A stretch of 64,000 bases of DNA from positions 15,533,873 to 15,597,872 of the forward strand of contig NC_083409.1 in the NCBI RefSeq assembly GCF_020745735.1. Direction: 5' to 3'. Origin of the DNA: Hemiscyllium ocellatum (taxonomy: Eukaryota). Shown in pieces: positions 38,301 to 51,400 of the stretch (position 1 is its first letter; every line of letters begins with the position of its first letter). A model generated the notes under the pieces. The model ran no database searches. It worked only from the letters and a program-made list of their open reading frames with translations, and was not told the DNA's origin. A program made the translations under genes and the position numbers.

Positions 38301-39555
38301 AAGCTTCTGTAGCTGTGATAGCCTCTCTGATTAGCAGAGTTACATCCCCTCCTCTTCCCCCCCGCCCTATTCTTTTTAACTGTTCTAAACCCTGGAACAT
38401 TCAGCAACCATTCCTGCCCCTGAGAAACCCACGTCTCTGTTATGGCCACAACATCATAGCAGCAGGTACTGATCCATGCTTTAAGCTCATCACTTTTATT
38501 CCTGATACACCTTGCATTAAAGCAAACACACTTGGTTCTTTCCTACAGGCTGCGCTACCTCTTGCTATTGCCTCATCTCCATCAACTCTCACCACCGGTA
38601 TACAGCTCAGGTTCCCACCCTCCCTGCCGTACTAGTTTAAACCCTCCTGAACTACTTGAGCAAGGCTTCCACCCAGGACATTCCTCCCCTTCTAGTTCGG
38701 ATGCAACCCATCGTTCTTGTACAGGTCCCACCTTCCCCAGAACGCATCCCACTTATCTACATATCTGAAGCCCTCCCTCCTACACCAGCTGCACAACCAC
38801 ATGTTAAGCTGTGCCCACTCCCTGTTCCTCGCCTCACTATCTCGTGTCACCGGTAGTAAACCCGAGAACACTACTCTGTTCGTCCTGCTCTGCAGCTTCC
38901 ACCCTAACTCCCTGAAATCATTTTTTATACCTTCGATCCTTGTCCTGGCTATATCATTGGTGCCAATATGTAACACAATTTCTGGCTGTTCGCCCTCTCC
39001 TTTCAGAATCTTATATACCCGATCAGAGACGTCCCAGACCCTGGCACCAGGGAGGCAACATACCTTCCGGGAATCCCGATCCTGACAACAAAATCTCCTG
39101 TCAATTCTCCTAACAATTGAGTCTCCTCCCATTAGCGTTTTCTATTCTGCCCCCTTCCCTTCTGGGCGACAGTGTCAGGCTCAGTGCCAGGGAACTGACT
39201 GCTATGGCTTTCCTCTAGTAGGTCATTCCCCCCCAGCAGTATCCAAAACGATATACTTATTGCTGAGGGCAATGTCCACAGGGGATCTCTGCACTGTCTG
39301 TCTGTCCCCTTTCCTCCCCTGGACTGTAACCCATCTATCTTTATCCTGAGACTCAGGAGTGACCAACTGCTGGTAACTCCTCTCAATTACCACCTCAGCC
39401 TCCTGAATGATCCATAGTTCGTCCAGCTCCAGCTCCAATTCCCTAACACGGTTTTCAAGGAGCCGGAGTTGGGTGCACTTCCCGCAGATGTAGCCAGCGG
39501 CGACGTGTGTCATTTCTCTCACCTGCCACATTCTGCAGGAGGAGCAAGCAACTGC
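35375..39555 (-). mobile_element. Near full-length degenerate CR1 LINE
   Basis: ORF1 Cys-rich and coiled-coil region (39223-39531), esterase-like (38692-39132), endonuclease MGDFNFPN, RT GVPRGSVLGP and KFADDTK; (aacatag)n tail. Confidence 0.93.
37799..38095 (+). mobile_element. Full-length HE1-like V-SINE inserted in CR1 (copy A only)
   Basis: Pol III box-like tggcacagtggttagc and gggttc; V-domain; LINE-derived tail taatgtaatctaatc; short TSD aatcaaYa; absent from the copy at ~55710. Confidence 0.88.
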
Positions 39556-40681
39556 TTAAGGACCAGAAAGTGAGACTGTGATCTTTCAGTTATTCCTGGA
39601 CGTTGGTGTGACGACATCTCAATAATTGTGTATAGTTTTAATCTCCTGACTGAAGGAAGAACATGAATGCATTGGAGGTGGTTCAGAGGAGTTTTACCTG
39701 ATTGATCCCTGGAATGAGTGGGCTGTGTGATGAGGAAAGATCGGAAAGGCTGGCCTTGTTCTCAGTGGGGTTTAGAAGAGTGAGGGGTTTTCCTGTCCCA
39801 CTGTATTCTCCAACCCCTATCTGCTTCCCTCGTGTGTCATACCCTCCTGCCCCTTACTACACGTGGAATTGAACTGTGCGGTCCTGAGGCCTAGAACTTC
39901 CTGCTGGAACAAAGTCTCCAGGTATCTCTGGTCCTCCTTTTTATTTCAACTCAGCCTCCAATCCAAACCCACTGTGTGTGAGAGTTCCCGTAGTTTTGTA
40001 CATTCACTTCATATGTCTTTACCCTGAATCATTTCAATTCTCACTGACAAATGAAAAATATCCATTCCTTCATTAAACCAGTCATTGTCTTCAGTCTGTT
40101 TTGAAGTTTCAGTACTTTCCATTTTGTTAACCTTCCCTAATGGACATGTCCTGAGACAGTCTACTTAGACAGTCCCTCATACTGAACAATTCCCAGCTGA
40201 TCTGCTTACCAGACTCCTATTCTCTTGTTTATCACTTTGTCTCATTCAAACCAAGTGCATGTGCAGGCTCCCAGCAGCTGAAGTGACAGTTCCAAATCAG
40301 TTTGGAAAAGCAAAGGTAGACTCCTTCTCTGAATTCACCAAACTACCACACTGACCAAACGTCCCAGCATTCCCCTCTGTGCTGGCTGCACTTAGTGTGA
40401 GCTGCAGCATGTAGGCCGCCCTAAATTTATACTGTTTCTGATTTATATCACTCCATTCTGTTGTGCTATTGTTCAGGATCTGGGTTAAGATCACTCATTT
40501 CTCAGTTGAAAGCTTTCTTCTTTCAGACTGAGAGAGATTTATATTTACAACCAGCAAATGTGACTTCAATGTTGGAATCTGTTTTCAGGATTGATGGGCT
40601 CGATGGTTTGATTCAATGAAACGAGGTATGAAATACCTGCGACTCTTGTTGCAATCCAACCTTCTCTGTCTAATCTCTTCA

Positions 40682-41026
40682 CGGGTCGACGTTTCGGGTG
40701 TTACACTTCTTCAGGACTGGGAGTGGGTGTTGGGGGAGCTGCAGATAAATGGGTTTGTGGGGGGGGGGCGGAGCAGGGTGGTGAAGTAGGGATAGGTTGA
40801 GAAAGGTAGAGAGTGTGACCTGATTGGTCGATGGGAGAGATGCATCAGGATTCATCCCTCCCACCCCCTTTATCTGCAGCTCCCCCAACACCCCTCCCCA
40901 GTCCTGAAGAAGGGTTACAGCCAAAACATTGACCTCTCCACCTCCTGATGCTGCCTGGCTTGCTGTGTTCTCCCAGCCTCCTGCTTGTCACCCTTGAATT
41001 CCAGAGTTTGCAGGGGTTTTTTGTCT
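40682..41026. mobile_element. Fold-back PLE derivative with two hammerhead-like cores
   Basis: Inverted arms; CTGAAGA...GAAACGTC on minus and a degenerate copy on plus; TSD ctaatctYttca at 40670-40681 and 41027-41038. Confidence 0.8.
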
Positions 41027-42539
41027 CTAATCTTTTCAGGCGCCAGGATGAGTGTGAGGAGGTTGGGTTTTGATGGAACTTACCCACAGAATGAAGTCAA
41101 AAGAAGCAAAGCAAGAAAAGCAAGTGGATCAAACTCGAGTGTGCAAATTGTGAGCAAAAAGTAATTATTTCCAGTTCAGCAATTGGAAAGGAGAGAGTGA
41201 CAACATTGAATTGCTTCTGGTGTCATCCTCTGCGCCCTAATGTTCACAGTGCCAGCTCCACATCCTTCCATTGGCTTTGTCATTGAGAGGCAACAGTTCC
41301 CTTCCCACAGCCCTTTTTAAAATGCCCTGCCCGGGGAATCACTCAGACAGAGAATATTTCATCTTTTCTGGGAAAGGTGGAGAATTATTGGATGTCGTTG
41401 AGCTGCTCTCTCAGACTTCAGTGACTGACAGAAGTATGTGTGTAGTCTGTGGATTCTGGAGACAGATCACTGAGATATTCCTCACTCCCATCAAAACCTG
41501 ACTTTATTCTGACATCAGTGACTATTCTTCATTATAAAGTATCCCCCCCCCCCCCCAGCCACAGTTTGAGGTAGGACAGTTCACACCCAGCCCCCATTTC
41601 CTCACATTGGAATCAAGAACCAAACTTGCCCCATCTCAGGATTGCCCTCTGAATGTGGTGTCAGTGTGCTAATGCTGTGTTTGAATGAAAGAGCCACCGT
41701 GGAATCTGGGACTGAATCCAAGGGGTTTCTGAGTAGCCTCCCCACTGTGTGAGGGTCTGTTTGGATAAGATTTCAGCCCCATGGGTTCCCATTGATACTA
41801 GACCCATGGAGTGAGATTGCTGGAGCCACATGTGGACTGAGGAACACAACAGTCAGGACAATGAGCTGCTCTGGAATCCACCCTGAGCCCTGGATGATCC
41901 TCACTGAGATGGTCCAGGAGCTACAGAATATGACAGCAAAAAGTGGAACCAGTTTATCATTGACTTCCCTCCCCAGCCGTGATTCCCAGACTCTCCCGGA
42001 CTGAACATTCTCATTGTGACTCCAGGGACACGGCGCAATTCCATCTCATTGGAGGAGGAAAGAAAACCCAGGTTTAATTTATAGAATATTTATTTCCCAA
42101 ACCCTGTGGAATTGTGATTCTGAGTAACAAAATCCTGCCGGTCATATTCATCAATACAGGGTTCCCAGTGGCTCTGGCTCCTAAACAGTTGATTTGAATT
42201 TCTTGGCTTGTGATCTTGCTGTGCCTAAGGGATGGGTGAGGGTTGATGGGGAATTTCTATCAGATTATTGTGTTCCCCGTGTCCCCTCCTGCCTTCCTTC
42301 TTTTCCCCATCTATTGGGAAAGATTTCCTTGATACCCCGCATTCCTGCTGTAAGTGCCCCTTCTGGACACAATGGTAGCATTGCCCACCTGCTCCGGGGA
42401 CCCCATTGCCCCCACGATTCTCCCCCTCTTTCTCCAGGCCTTGAGGGTGGAGGTTAACGCTTCACACACCCTTTCCCGTAGGCTTCAGCTCGGGCCATTC
42501 CCAAAGCACACACGAGACAGAGACGGAATCTTCTTCATC

Positions 42540-42545
42540 TTTATT
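42540..42545 (-). terminator. Poly(A) signal of C2
   Basis: AATAAA on minus, homologous to 24915-24920. Confidence 0.7.
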
Positions 42546-43057
42546 CCCTTTTCTAGATTGACATTGACGGAAAGCAGCCCAGACAGAGGAAGCTGCACAA
42601 ATTCACAGCCACAATGGAGCTTGAGGAAAACACTTGTGGAGATTTTCTCAATAACATGAGAATCCTGTCCCTTTAAACAGTGACAAAACCTGAAATTGGA
42701 ACTGGCAGCTGAGCAGGAAGGAGATCTGGTTTACTGAAGCAGAGACTTCTGAGGTTCACATTGTTTTGTACAGCTGACAGTCTTCAGCATTTTCGAGAGG
42801 TTTGAGTTGGCATCACAGGACATCACTGCCCCAGTCAAACACTCCCAAAACAGGGATAGCATGGGGTTTGATACAGAGTAAAGCTTCTTTTTGATGATCG
42901 CAATGACCTGCCTTAACCCTTGAACCTCAGAAGTGTCTCTGAGCCAGTCCTGAGAAGGAAGAGAATTGAAATTCAGTGCTGACAATGACCTTTGACCTAC
43001 CAGCTCAGTCCAGTTCTATTGAAAGTTGTGTCTCCTCTGTGGACTGTCTTGAACATT

Positions 43058-43386
43058 CTATACACATTCTGATCTCCTGATGCTCTTGCTGAGGGAAGAG
43101 GGGAGGGTCACATGGGTGAGGGCACAAGAGAAGTGAGCGTCGGACTCCCAACCAGACCCAGAGAGGGTCAGCAGGCTGCTGACACTGTAGGTGCTGTCCG
43201 AAGCTCGCAGGTAGTTGCTGGTCTGAACCCCGTCCGAAATGACTGCACCGTCCTTCTTCCACTGCACCTCCAGCTCATCAGGATAGAAGTGATTGGCAAG
43301 GCACACCAGGGTGGCAGTGCCCTTGGCATTGACCTGCTCCGGGGAGGGGGGCAGCAGGGTCAGCTTGGGCTGAGAGTTCTCACGGC
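43058..43386 (-). CDS. IGKC: Ig kappa constant exon C2, intact frame, no V/J in window
   Basis: ctttcag acceptor; (S)RENSQPKLTLLPPSPEQVNAKGTATLVCLANHFYPDELEVQWKKDGAVISDGVQTSNYLRASDSTYSVSSLLTLSGSGWESDAHFSCALTHVTLPSSLSKSIRRSECV*; both Ig Cys residues, the Trp and the penultimate Cys present. Confidence 0.93.
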
Positions 43387-44614
43387 CTGAAAGGCAAGAG
43401 AAACAATTTTAATCCCTGCCATTCAAACTGATTTCAACTCTCTGAACATTCACTGGTAAAACAATCCGTTTGAACACTTGTATCCAATACCTAACAAACC
43501 CCATAAAAGGACAGGGATTTTTAAAAATTGCTTCTTGGGATGTGTCACTGGCACGGCCAGCATTTATTACCCATCCCTAATTGCCCCTGAGAAGGTGATG
43601 GTGAAAGAAAAGGGACAGTTTTGGACCATTGCTTAGAGAATGAATGTGGGCAGCTGGAAGGGCTATCAATGGGGAAGCATTTCAGTGACAGGGATCAGAA
43701 CTCAGTGAGACTGAGGGTAGGGATGGGAATGGAGAACCGTGCAACAAGTGTAAAAGTTTTCATTTGGGAACAAACCATTTTACTGAACTGAGCAGTGACT
43801 TGGTAAAACTGGGCTGAAAGACGAAATGCAGGGGTGAAAGCAAAGAGCTGACAGGATAAAATGCATCAAATGAAGTCAAGGAAATCCCAGTGATGTTGAT
43901 AATCACCGTAAGAACAAGAGAATGAAGGAATGTATGAGACCCATTCAAAAAAAAAGGGACAAAGCAGGAACTTTGTCAGGAGGAGGACTGTACAACATTG
44001 GAACGGCATCTTTCACATCTGAAAGACTCCCAGTTCATCCAATGAAAAGAAAGATTCATGCTGTCCTCAAGACATTTGCAGACAGTGTGGGGCTTGTTTG
44101 AAATATGGTTGTTGTTGTCATATAGGAAATGTGCAAGCTGGATTGTGCACAGCAAGATCCCACAAGCAACAATGAACCAAGGAACATTTTGAGTGATGTT
44201 TGTTCAGGGATAAATATCAGCCTGAATACGATTCAAAGAGAAAGTAACTGGAAGAGTTGGATAGAGAATGAGAAAATGTAAGTTAAAGGAGAAGGGAGGA
44301 TTACTGGGTAGTGACGGGATTGATTGTTACCAGGAAATAAAAGGAAGGGTTGGAATATTGTAAATGTCATATTGTACTAAGGAAACTTAAAAGTGTAGGG
44401 AAGCTCAATACTAGAACAAACTTAAAGGCTTTGTCTCTTAATGCATGACCCATTCAGAATAATGCAGACAAAGTGGTCCCACACAAGCCAAGGTAAATCA
44501 AGCTTCAAGAAATTTAAACTGTTTGAAGAAGGTAGGGGCTCAGGACACTTTATTAAAGTATCCAGACCAAGCAATAGGATCGAGAGGAAAGGATCAGGAA
44601 TTGAACTTGAGGCC

Positions 44615-44870
44615 CCGCAGGGTGGAATGGTGGATCAGTGGTTAGCACTGCTGTCTCACAGCTCCGGAGACACAGACTCAATTCCAACTGACTGTCTGTG
44701 TGGAGTTTATACATTCTCCCCGTGTCCACTTGGGTTTCCTCCCATTGTCACAAAGATGTGTAGGATAGGAGGATTATCCATGGGAATGGTAGGATGAGTG
44801 GAATACGTCTTGGAGGGTCAGTCTGGGCTGAATGGTCTGCTTCCACACTGTAGGGATTCTATGATTTCTA
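44615..44870 (+). mobile_element. Degenerate V-SINE
   Basis: tggatcagtggttagcactg head; gtgtggagttt V-domain; ctatgatt tail. Confidence 0.75.
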
Positions 44871-45484
44871 AAGGAGACAACTATGAGAAGGAAGCAGGTA
44901 ATGCATGACTGAGAGTGCAGTACTTAGATGCATCGAGTATATGAAACAAGGTAAATGAGCCTGCAGTGCAGGAACATGGCTGCAAGGGGACCAGGGCTGG
45001 GAACTAAATTTCCAAGGATATACATCCTATTGAAAGGAAATGCAGGGGGACAGAGAGTCACGTGTGAAGGAGGAACTGAAGGTAATCCTTTTTAGTCAGG
45101 AAATGGTCTTGGGGAGACTGATGGTATCAAAACTTAATGTGTCCCCAGGGCCTGATGCTCTACATCCCAGAGTACTTCAGAAAGTGAGTGTCAAAATAGT
45201 GGACCCATTAGTGGAAAGTGACCAACATTCTGTTGACTTTGACAGAGTTCCAATGGACTGGACAGTATCCAATGTAACTCCACTTTTTAATAAAAGGAGG
45301 GAGAGTGCAAATGAGGAATTAGACATGAGGAAAACGCTGGAGTCAGTTATTAAAGATATAATAACTGAGCATTTGGAAAGCAGTGACAGAATCGGTCAAA
45401 GTCATCACAGATTTACTAAAGGGAAATGAGGCCTGGCACATCTTCTGGAAGTTTTTGAGGATGTGATCAGTAGAGAGTGGGTGT

Positions 45485-48400
45485 AGGAGATTCAAGATGG
45501 CAGCAGTCTGAACAGTCTGGTGTGTTGGGCTCTGTGCCATACCCCAGGCAAGGTGGGTTCCTACCCCTCCCCCCATTGTTAGTCTCCCCTGACAAGCCGG
45601 GCACTCCCCTACTATGTCGGGCACGCCCGCAGCCGTAACCTCAAACTCTGTGGCAGCGCCCTTCAGTTCAGTGCAGCAACAGAATTTACTAACGAAGCCT
45701 TGGAGGCCACAATGGAGAGCTCCAAGGGGCGGGCCTTGAAGGAACAAGTAGACGACCTCGAAAATCAAGGTCAGAGAAAAATCAACAGATCTTGGGCTTA
45801 CCTGAGCATGTAGAAGGTGAAAACCTTGCTGATTTCCTCAAGCGGTGGCCTCTGGAGTAGCTGGGCCTGGAGATCAAGTCGGGCCGGGTGAGTGTGGAGT
45901 GGGTCCACCGCATCGTGATGTGTAGGTCTGGGCCGGCCCAGCACGACTCCAGCATCACAAGGAAAAGCATTTAATGATAGAAACAGCCAGAAGACTGGGA
46001 AGGGATCCACAGGCTTTGGCTAATAAAGGTTTGAAAATAATGTTTTTTCATGACTTTTCTGGGGCCATAATTAAGAAAAGAAAGATCTTTGATGATGTCA
46101 AGAAAACAAAATTAAACATTGAATACTCTCTGAGGTACCCGGCGGTGTGACGTCTCAGTTATGGGGGAGCTGTCTACAACTTCAACTCGACAGAAAAAGT
46201 AAAAGAACTCTTGAATTCGCTGAAATGATAGACTTTGACCGAGAAGGAAGAAGGAAAAGAGGCGTGTGGACAATGGCATAATGTAGTTTTTAAAAATCTT
46301 CTCTCTTTGATCTTTTCCCTTTTGGGATCTCACACTTTGTAGGCTTGGTATTGCTTCAGTGGGAGATCTGGTATGTTTTATATTCTATCTGTTTGGTGGT
46401 TTTTAATTACTCTATTGTTCTGATTTGCTGGGTGAGGGTGGTTAATCCTTTGATGTAAAGATGTGTGGGGTTGAGATGAGAAGGGGGAGGGATGGGTGTC
46501 CGTTGTTAACTTGTCGGAGTGGAAATAATATGTTATTTTTTCCCTTTGTTTGGGTTTGGGGCCCGGCCTTAACTGGAAGGTGCTGGGATGGTTGTGAGGT
46601 TGGGAGTGAATGGCCCCAGTGGGCAAGGGGTGGATCTCTGGAAATTTGTGTTTTTTGTGTTTATTTGTTGACATTAGGAGTAGTGGTTAGATTTTTAGAC
46701 AATAGACAATAGACAATAGGTGCAGGAGTAGGCCATTCTGCCCTTCGAGCCTGCACCACCATTCAATATGACCATGGCTGATCATCCTTAATCAGTATCC
46801 TGTTCCTGCCTTATCTCCATAACCCTTGATTCCACTATCCTTGAGAGCTCTATCCAACTCTTTCTTCAATGAATCCAGAGACTGGGACTCCACTGCCCTC
46901 TGGGGCAGAGCATTCCACACAGCCACCACTCTCTGGGTGAAGAAGTTTCTCCTCATCTCTGTCCTAAATGGTCTACCCCGTAATTTTAAGCTGTGTCCTC
47001 TGGTTTGGCACTCACCCATCAGCGGAAACATGTTTCCTGCCTTCAGAGTATCCAATCCTTTCATAATCTTATATGTCTCAATCAGATCCCCTCTCAGCCT
47101 TCTAAACTCAAGGGTATACAAGCCCAGTCGCTCCAGTCTTTCAGCGTAAGGTAGTCCTGCCATTCCAGGAATTAACCTCGTGAACCTACGCTGCACTCCC
47201 TCAATAGCCAGAATGTCTTTCCTCAAGTTTGCAGACCAGAACTGCACAAAATACTCCAGGTGTGTTCTCACCAGGGCCCTGTACAGCTGCAGAAGAACCT
47301 CTTTGCTTCTATACTCAATCCCTCTTCTTATGAAGGCCAGCATGCTATTAGCCTTCTTCACTGCCTGCTGTACCTGCATGCTTACCTTCATTGACAGGTG
47401 TACAAGAACACCCAGATCTCTTTGTACTGCCCCTTTACCTAAATTGATTCCATGTAGGCAGTAATCTGCCTTCCTGTTCTTGCCACCAAAGTGGATGACC
47501 ATACATTTATCCACATTGAACTGCATCTGCCATGCATCTGATCACTCACCTAACCTGTCCAGGTCACCCTGTAATCTCCTAACATACTCCTCACATTTCA
47601 CTGTGCCACACAGGTAAGCATCATCAGCAAATTTGTTAATGTTATGACTGATACCATCTTCTATATCATTGATATAAATTGTGAAAACCTGCAGTCCCAG
47701 CACTGATCCCTGTGGTACCCCACTGGTCACTTCCTGCCATTCCAAAATGGAGCCGTCTATCACTACTCTTTGTATCCTGTCGTCCAATCAACTTTCAATC
47801 CAAGTTAGTACTTTGCCCTGAATTCCATGCACCCTAATTTTGCTCACTAACCTCCAATGTGGGACTTTATCAAAAGCTTTCTGAAAGTCCAGGTACACTA
47901 TATCTACTGCATCTCCCTCGTCCATCTTCAGAGTTACATCCTCAAAAAATTCCAGAAGATTAGTCAAGCATGATTTCCCCTTCATAAATCCATGCTGACT
48001 ATGACCTATCCTGTTATTACTATCCAGATGTTTCGTAATTTCATCCTGTGCAATAGACTCCAGCATCTTTCCCACCACTGAGGTCAGACTAACTTGTCAA
48101 TAATCTCCTGCTTTCTCTCTCCCACCTTTCTTAAAAAGTGGTACAACATTAGCCACCCTCCAATCCGCAGGAACTGATCCTGAATCTATCGAAAACTGGA
48201 AAATAATCACCAACGCTTCCACAATTTCTCGAGCCACTTCCTTCAGTACCCTGGGATGTAGACCATCAGACCCCGGGGACTTATCAACCTTCAGACCTAA
48301 CAGTCTCTCCAACACCAATTCCTGGCAAATGTAAATTCCCTTAAGTTCAGGTCCTTCAGCCACTGTTACCTCAGGGAGATTGTTTGTGTCTTCCCCAGTG

Positions 48401-51400
48401 AACACTGATCTGTAGTACCAATTCAATTCTTCTGCCATTTCTTTGTTCTCCGTAATATATTCCCCTATATCTGTCTTCAAGGGCCCAATTTTAGTCTTAA
48501 GTTGTTTTGGTGGTGTTTGTCGAAATTGGCTTAAGATTTGATAAAGTCTGTGTTGTTTCTTTCCCACTCGTTGCATATTGAATGGGCTCCTTCCTCTCGG
48601 GGGGACTGCGGGCTGCAGTGTGAGGTCATGGCTAGCGATCTGTTCAGGTGGTGCACCTGGAATATAACGGGGAGTCATTCCCCCATTAAAAGGAAAAAGG
48701 TGCTCACAAATCTTAAAAAGGGAAGGGTTGACATTGCTCCACTGCAAGATATGCTTTTGACTGACAGGGAACATCTGAAGTTACAACAGGGGGGGGGGAT
48801 ATGATAGGGTATTCTTCTCCTCTTTCAACTCCAAATGCAGAGGAGTGGCCATATTGGTACGAAGGAACCTCCCATTTCAGGTGATCGATCAAACCAAGGA
48901 TGAGCATGGATGGTTCATTATTCTCAAGGCTGTGGTACAAAGAGAAGAGTATGGCATCCTGAACGTTTACTGTCCCGCGGCACATCCTCTCAAATTTTTA
49001 ATTAATGCAGTCTTTAAGTTAATGGCTCTTGGGGTGCGCTGTATGTTTATAGGAGGAGACCTATGTCTCATGGACCCTGGGGTGGACAGGATGCAAAGGG
49101 GGCTGTCGGGTACACCTCTGCAGACTAGACAGTTAGTGGACTTGTGCGAGGAGTTGAGATTGGTGGATGTGTGGAGGTGCCCCTACCCGAATGGGAGGGA
49201 CTTTACCTTTTACTCCAACCTGCCCAAGTGCCACACAAGAATTGAAATGTTCTTTGTTCCATCGGCTTGTTTGGACTTGGTGTTAGCCTGCAGGATTGGG
49301 GACGTAACTATTTCGGACCATCTGGCAGTATATTTCGGTGTTAAGACTAAAGGTAGTGGAGTAGACACACAACAATGTCGCACAAATCCGTTTCTGTTGA
49401 AGGATGTCAACTCTGTACAGCATATCACAAGGGAGTTCAAGGTATTTTGGGACATCAATCGGGCTATGGCCAGTAACCCATCAGTGCTCTGGGAGACCAC
49501 CTATTTCACACTTGACAATGAGAAGGAGGCAGAGAGGACAGCAGCAGCTGATACTTGAGGCCCGGCTGAAGGCAGCCAAATCGGCACATTACCCCAGACC
49601 ACCCGGGGTCAGATTACAATGGGTCACGGCTCTCCGGGCTGCTCTGGACTCAGCGCTCACACAAGTGGCAAAGAGAGGGGTGTCCTTTGCAAAGCAAAGG
49701 CTGTTTGAATATGGGGATAAGCGAGGTAGATCCTTGGTTTACCTGGCTAGGAAGGAAAGTGCTCCACAGTCCATTGTGTTTATCAGGGAGAGAACTGGCA
49801 ATGTCACTCGTGAACTGATGACAATCGATGCCAGATTCCGGGCTTTCTATGCCGGGTTACACCGGTCAGAGGGCTGTGGGGATGGAGAAGTGAGAATGGA
49901 ATCCTTTTTTTGAAAACTTGGCCTTCCCTGGTATAAATGCAGATCAGGCCTCCCTCTGACAGTACAGGAGGTGCAAGAGGCGTTAAGGCAGCTCCAAGGT
50001 GGTACAGCACCTGGTCCAGACAGATTCCCATGTGGATTTTACAAGGAGTTCATACACATGTAGCTGAACCACTGCTGGAGCTGTATAGTCATTCCTATGG
50101 CCAGGGCTGTCTTCCACCTTCTCTTACAGAGGCTAATATCTCCCTTACTTTAAACAAAGAGAAAGACCCTGAGGATTGTGCATTGTATAGACCCATCTCG
50201 TTGTTGAATGTGGATTTCAAAATTCTATCAAAGGTGTCAGTTCTGAGACTGGAGAAGGTGCTGCCTGTTTTTATAAAAGAGGAGCAGATGGGTTTTATCA
50301 CAGGCCGCAGCTCCTCCAACAATATCAGGCGGGTATTGCACATAGTTCAACTATGTCAGCAGAGAATGATTCCGGGTTTGCTGGTCTCCCTGGAGGCAGA
50401 AAAGGCTTTTAATTGGGTGGAAAAAAGCGCTCGTATCTCTTTGCTGTTCTCGATCGTTTTGGTGTGGGAGGGGCCTTCGCCAGGTGGGTGGCAGTGTTAT
50501 ATAAAGACCCCAAGGTGGCGGTTATCACGAATGGGGTTAAATTGAGGAACTTTGGTGTGGGGAGGGGCAGCCGACAGGGATGTCCCCTGTTATTGCTACT
50601 GTTTTCCTTGATACTTGAACCACTGGCAGAGAGTGTCTGAAAAGACCCTGAAATAACAGCACCGAAGGTAGGAGTTGGGGAAACAAAAATCACTCTCAAT
50701 GTGGACAATGTCCTTCTGTTTGTAGCTAACCCCGAAAAGCCCTTACCCCAGCTAATACAAAGCATTAAATTATTCGACAGCTTTTTGTGATACAGAATAA
50801 ATTTTCCAAAATCGGAAGTCCTGCCTGTGGGGGGATTGGTGCAGGTACTGAAACTGGAGGATGGAATGGAGTTTCCTTTTAGATGGTCACAGAAAGGTTT
50901 TCCCTATCTGGGAATTTTTATTACCCCTCACTTCCCACAACTGTATGGAGCTGACCTTGCGTCGCTGTTTGAGAGGGTAAAGCAGGACTTGCAGCGATGG
51001 GAGGGAATACCCAGATCATGGTTCGGCTGTATAGCCTTGATTAAAGTGAATGTTGTTCCTTGGTGGTTCTATCCTGTGAGGATGCTCCCTTTGTTATTAC
51101 CCAACCAGGTGCTGCGGGGGTTTGCGGAATGGCTTGGATCATTTATTTGGCACTGTCAGCGCAACTTAATTAAATTTACCAAGTTGCAACTTTCGCAGGA
51201 TAAGAGGGAGTGGTGGACCTCCCAGATCAGAAGAGATGTCAAATTGGCACCCTGTTGCTATATGTAGGTGAATGGGTGCGTAATGACTCAAAGTCGATAT
51301 GGTTTGATGTAGAGGCCTCGCAGGCGAGGTATCCCTTCAGAAACTTACTATTCATGGATAAGATGAGATCAGTAGGTGCGCATTGTGAAAGTCTGATTAT

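Noticed and set aside
41722-41749. ggtttctga...CACTGTG RSS-like pair
   Set aside because: Spacer is only 10 bp and no coding segment is adjacent
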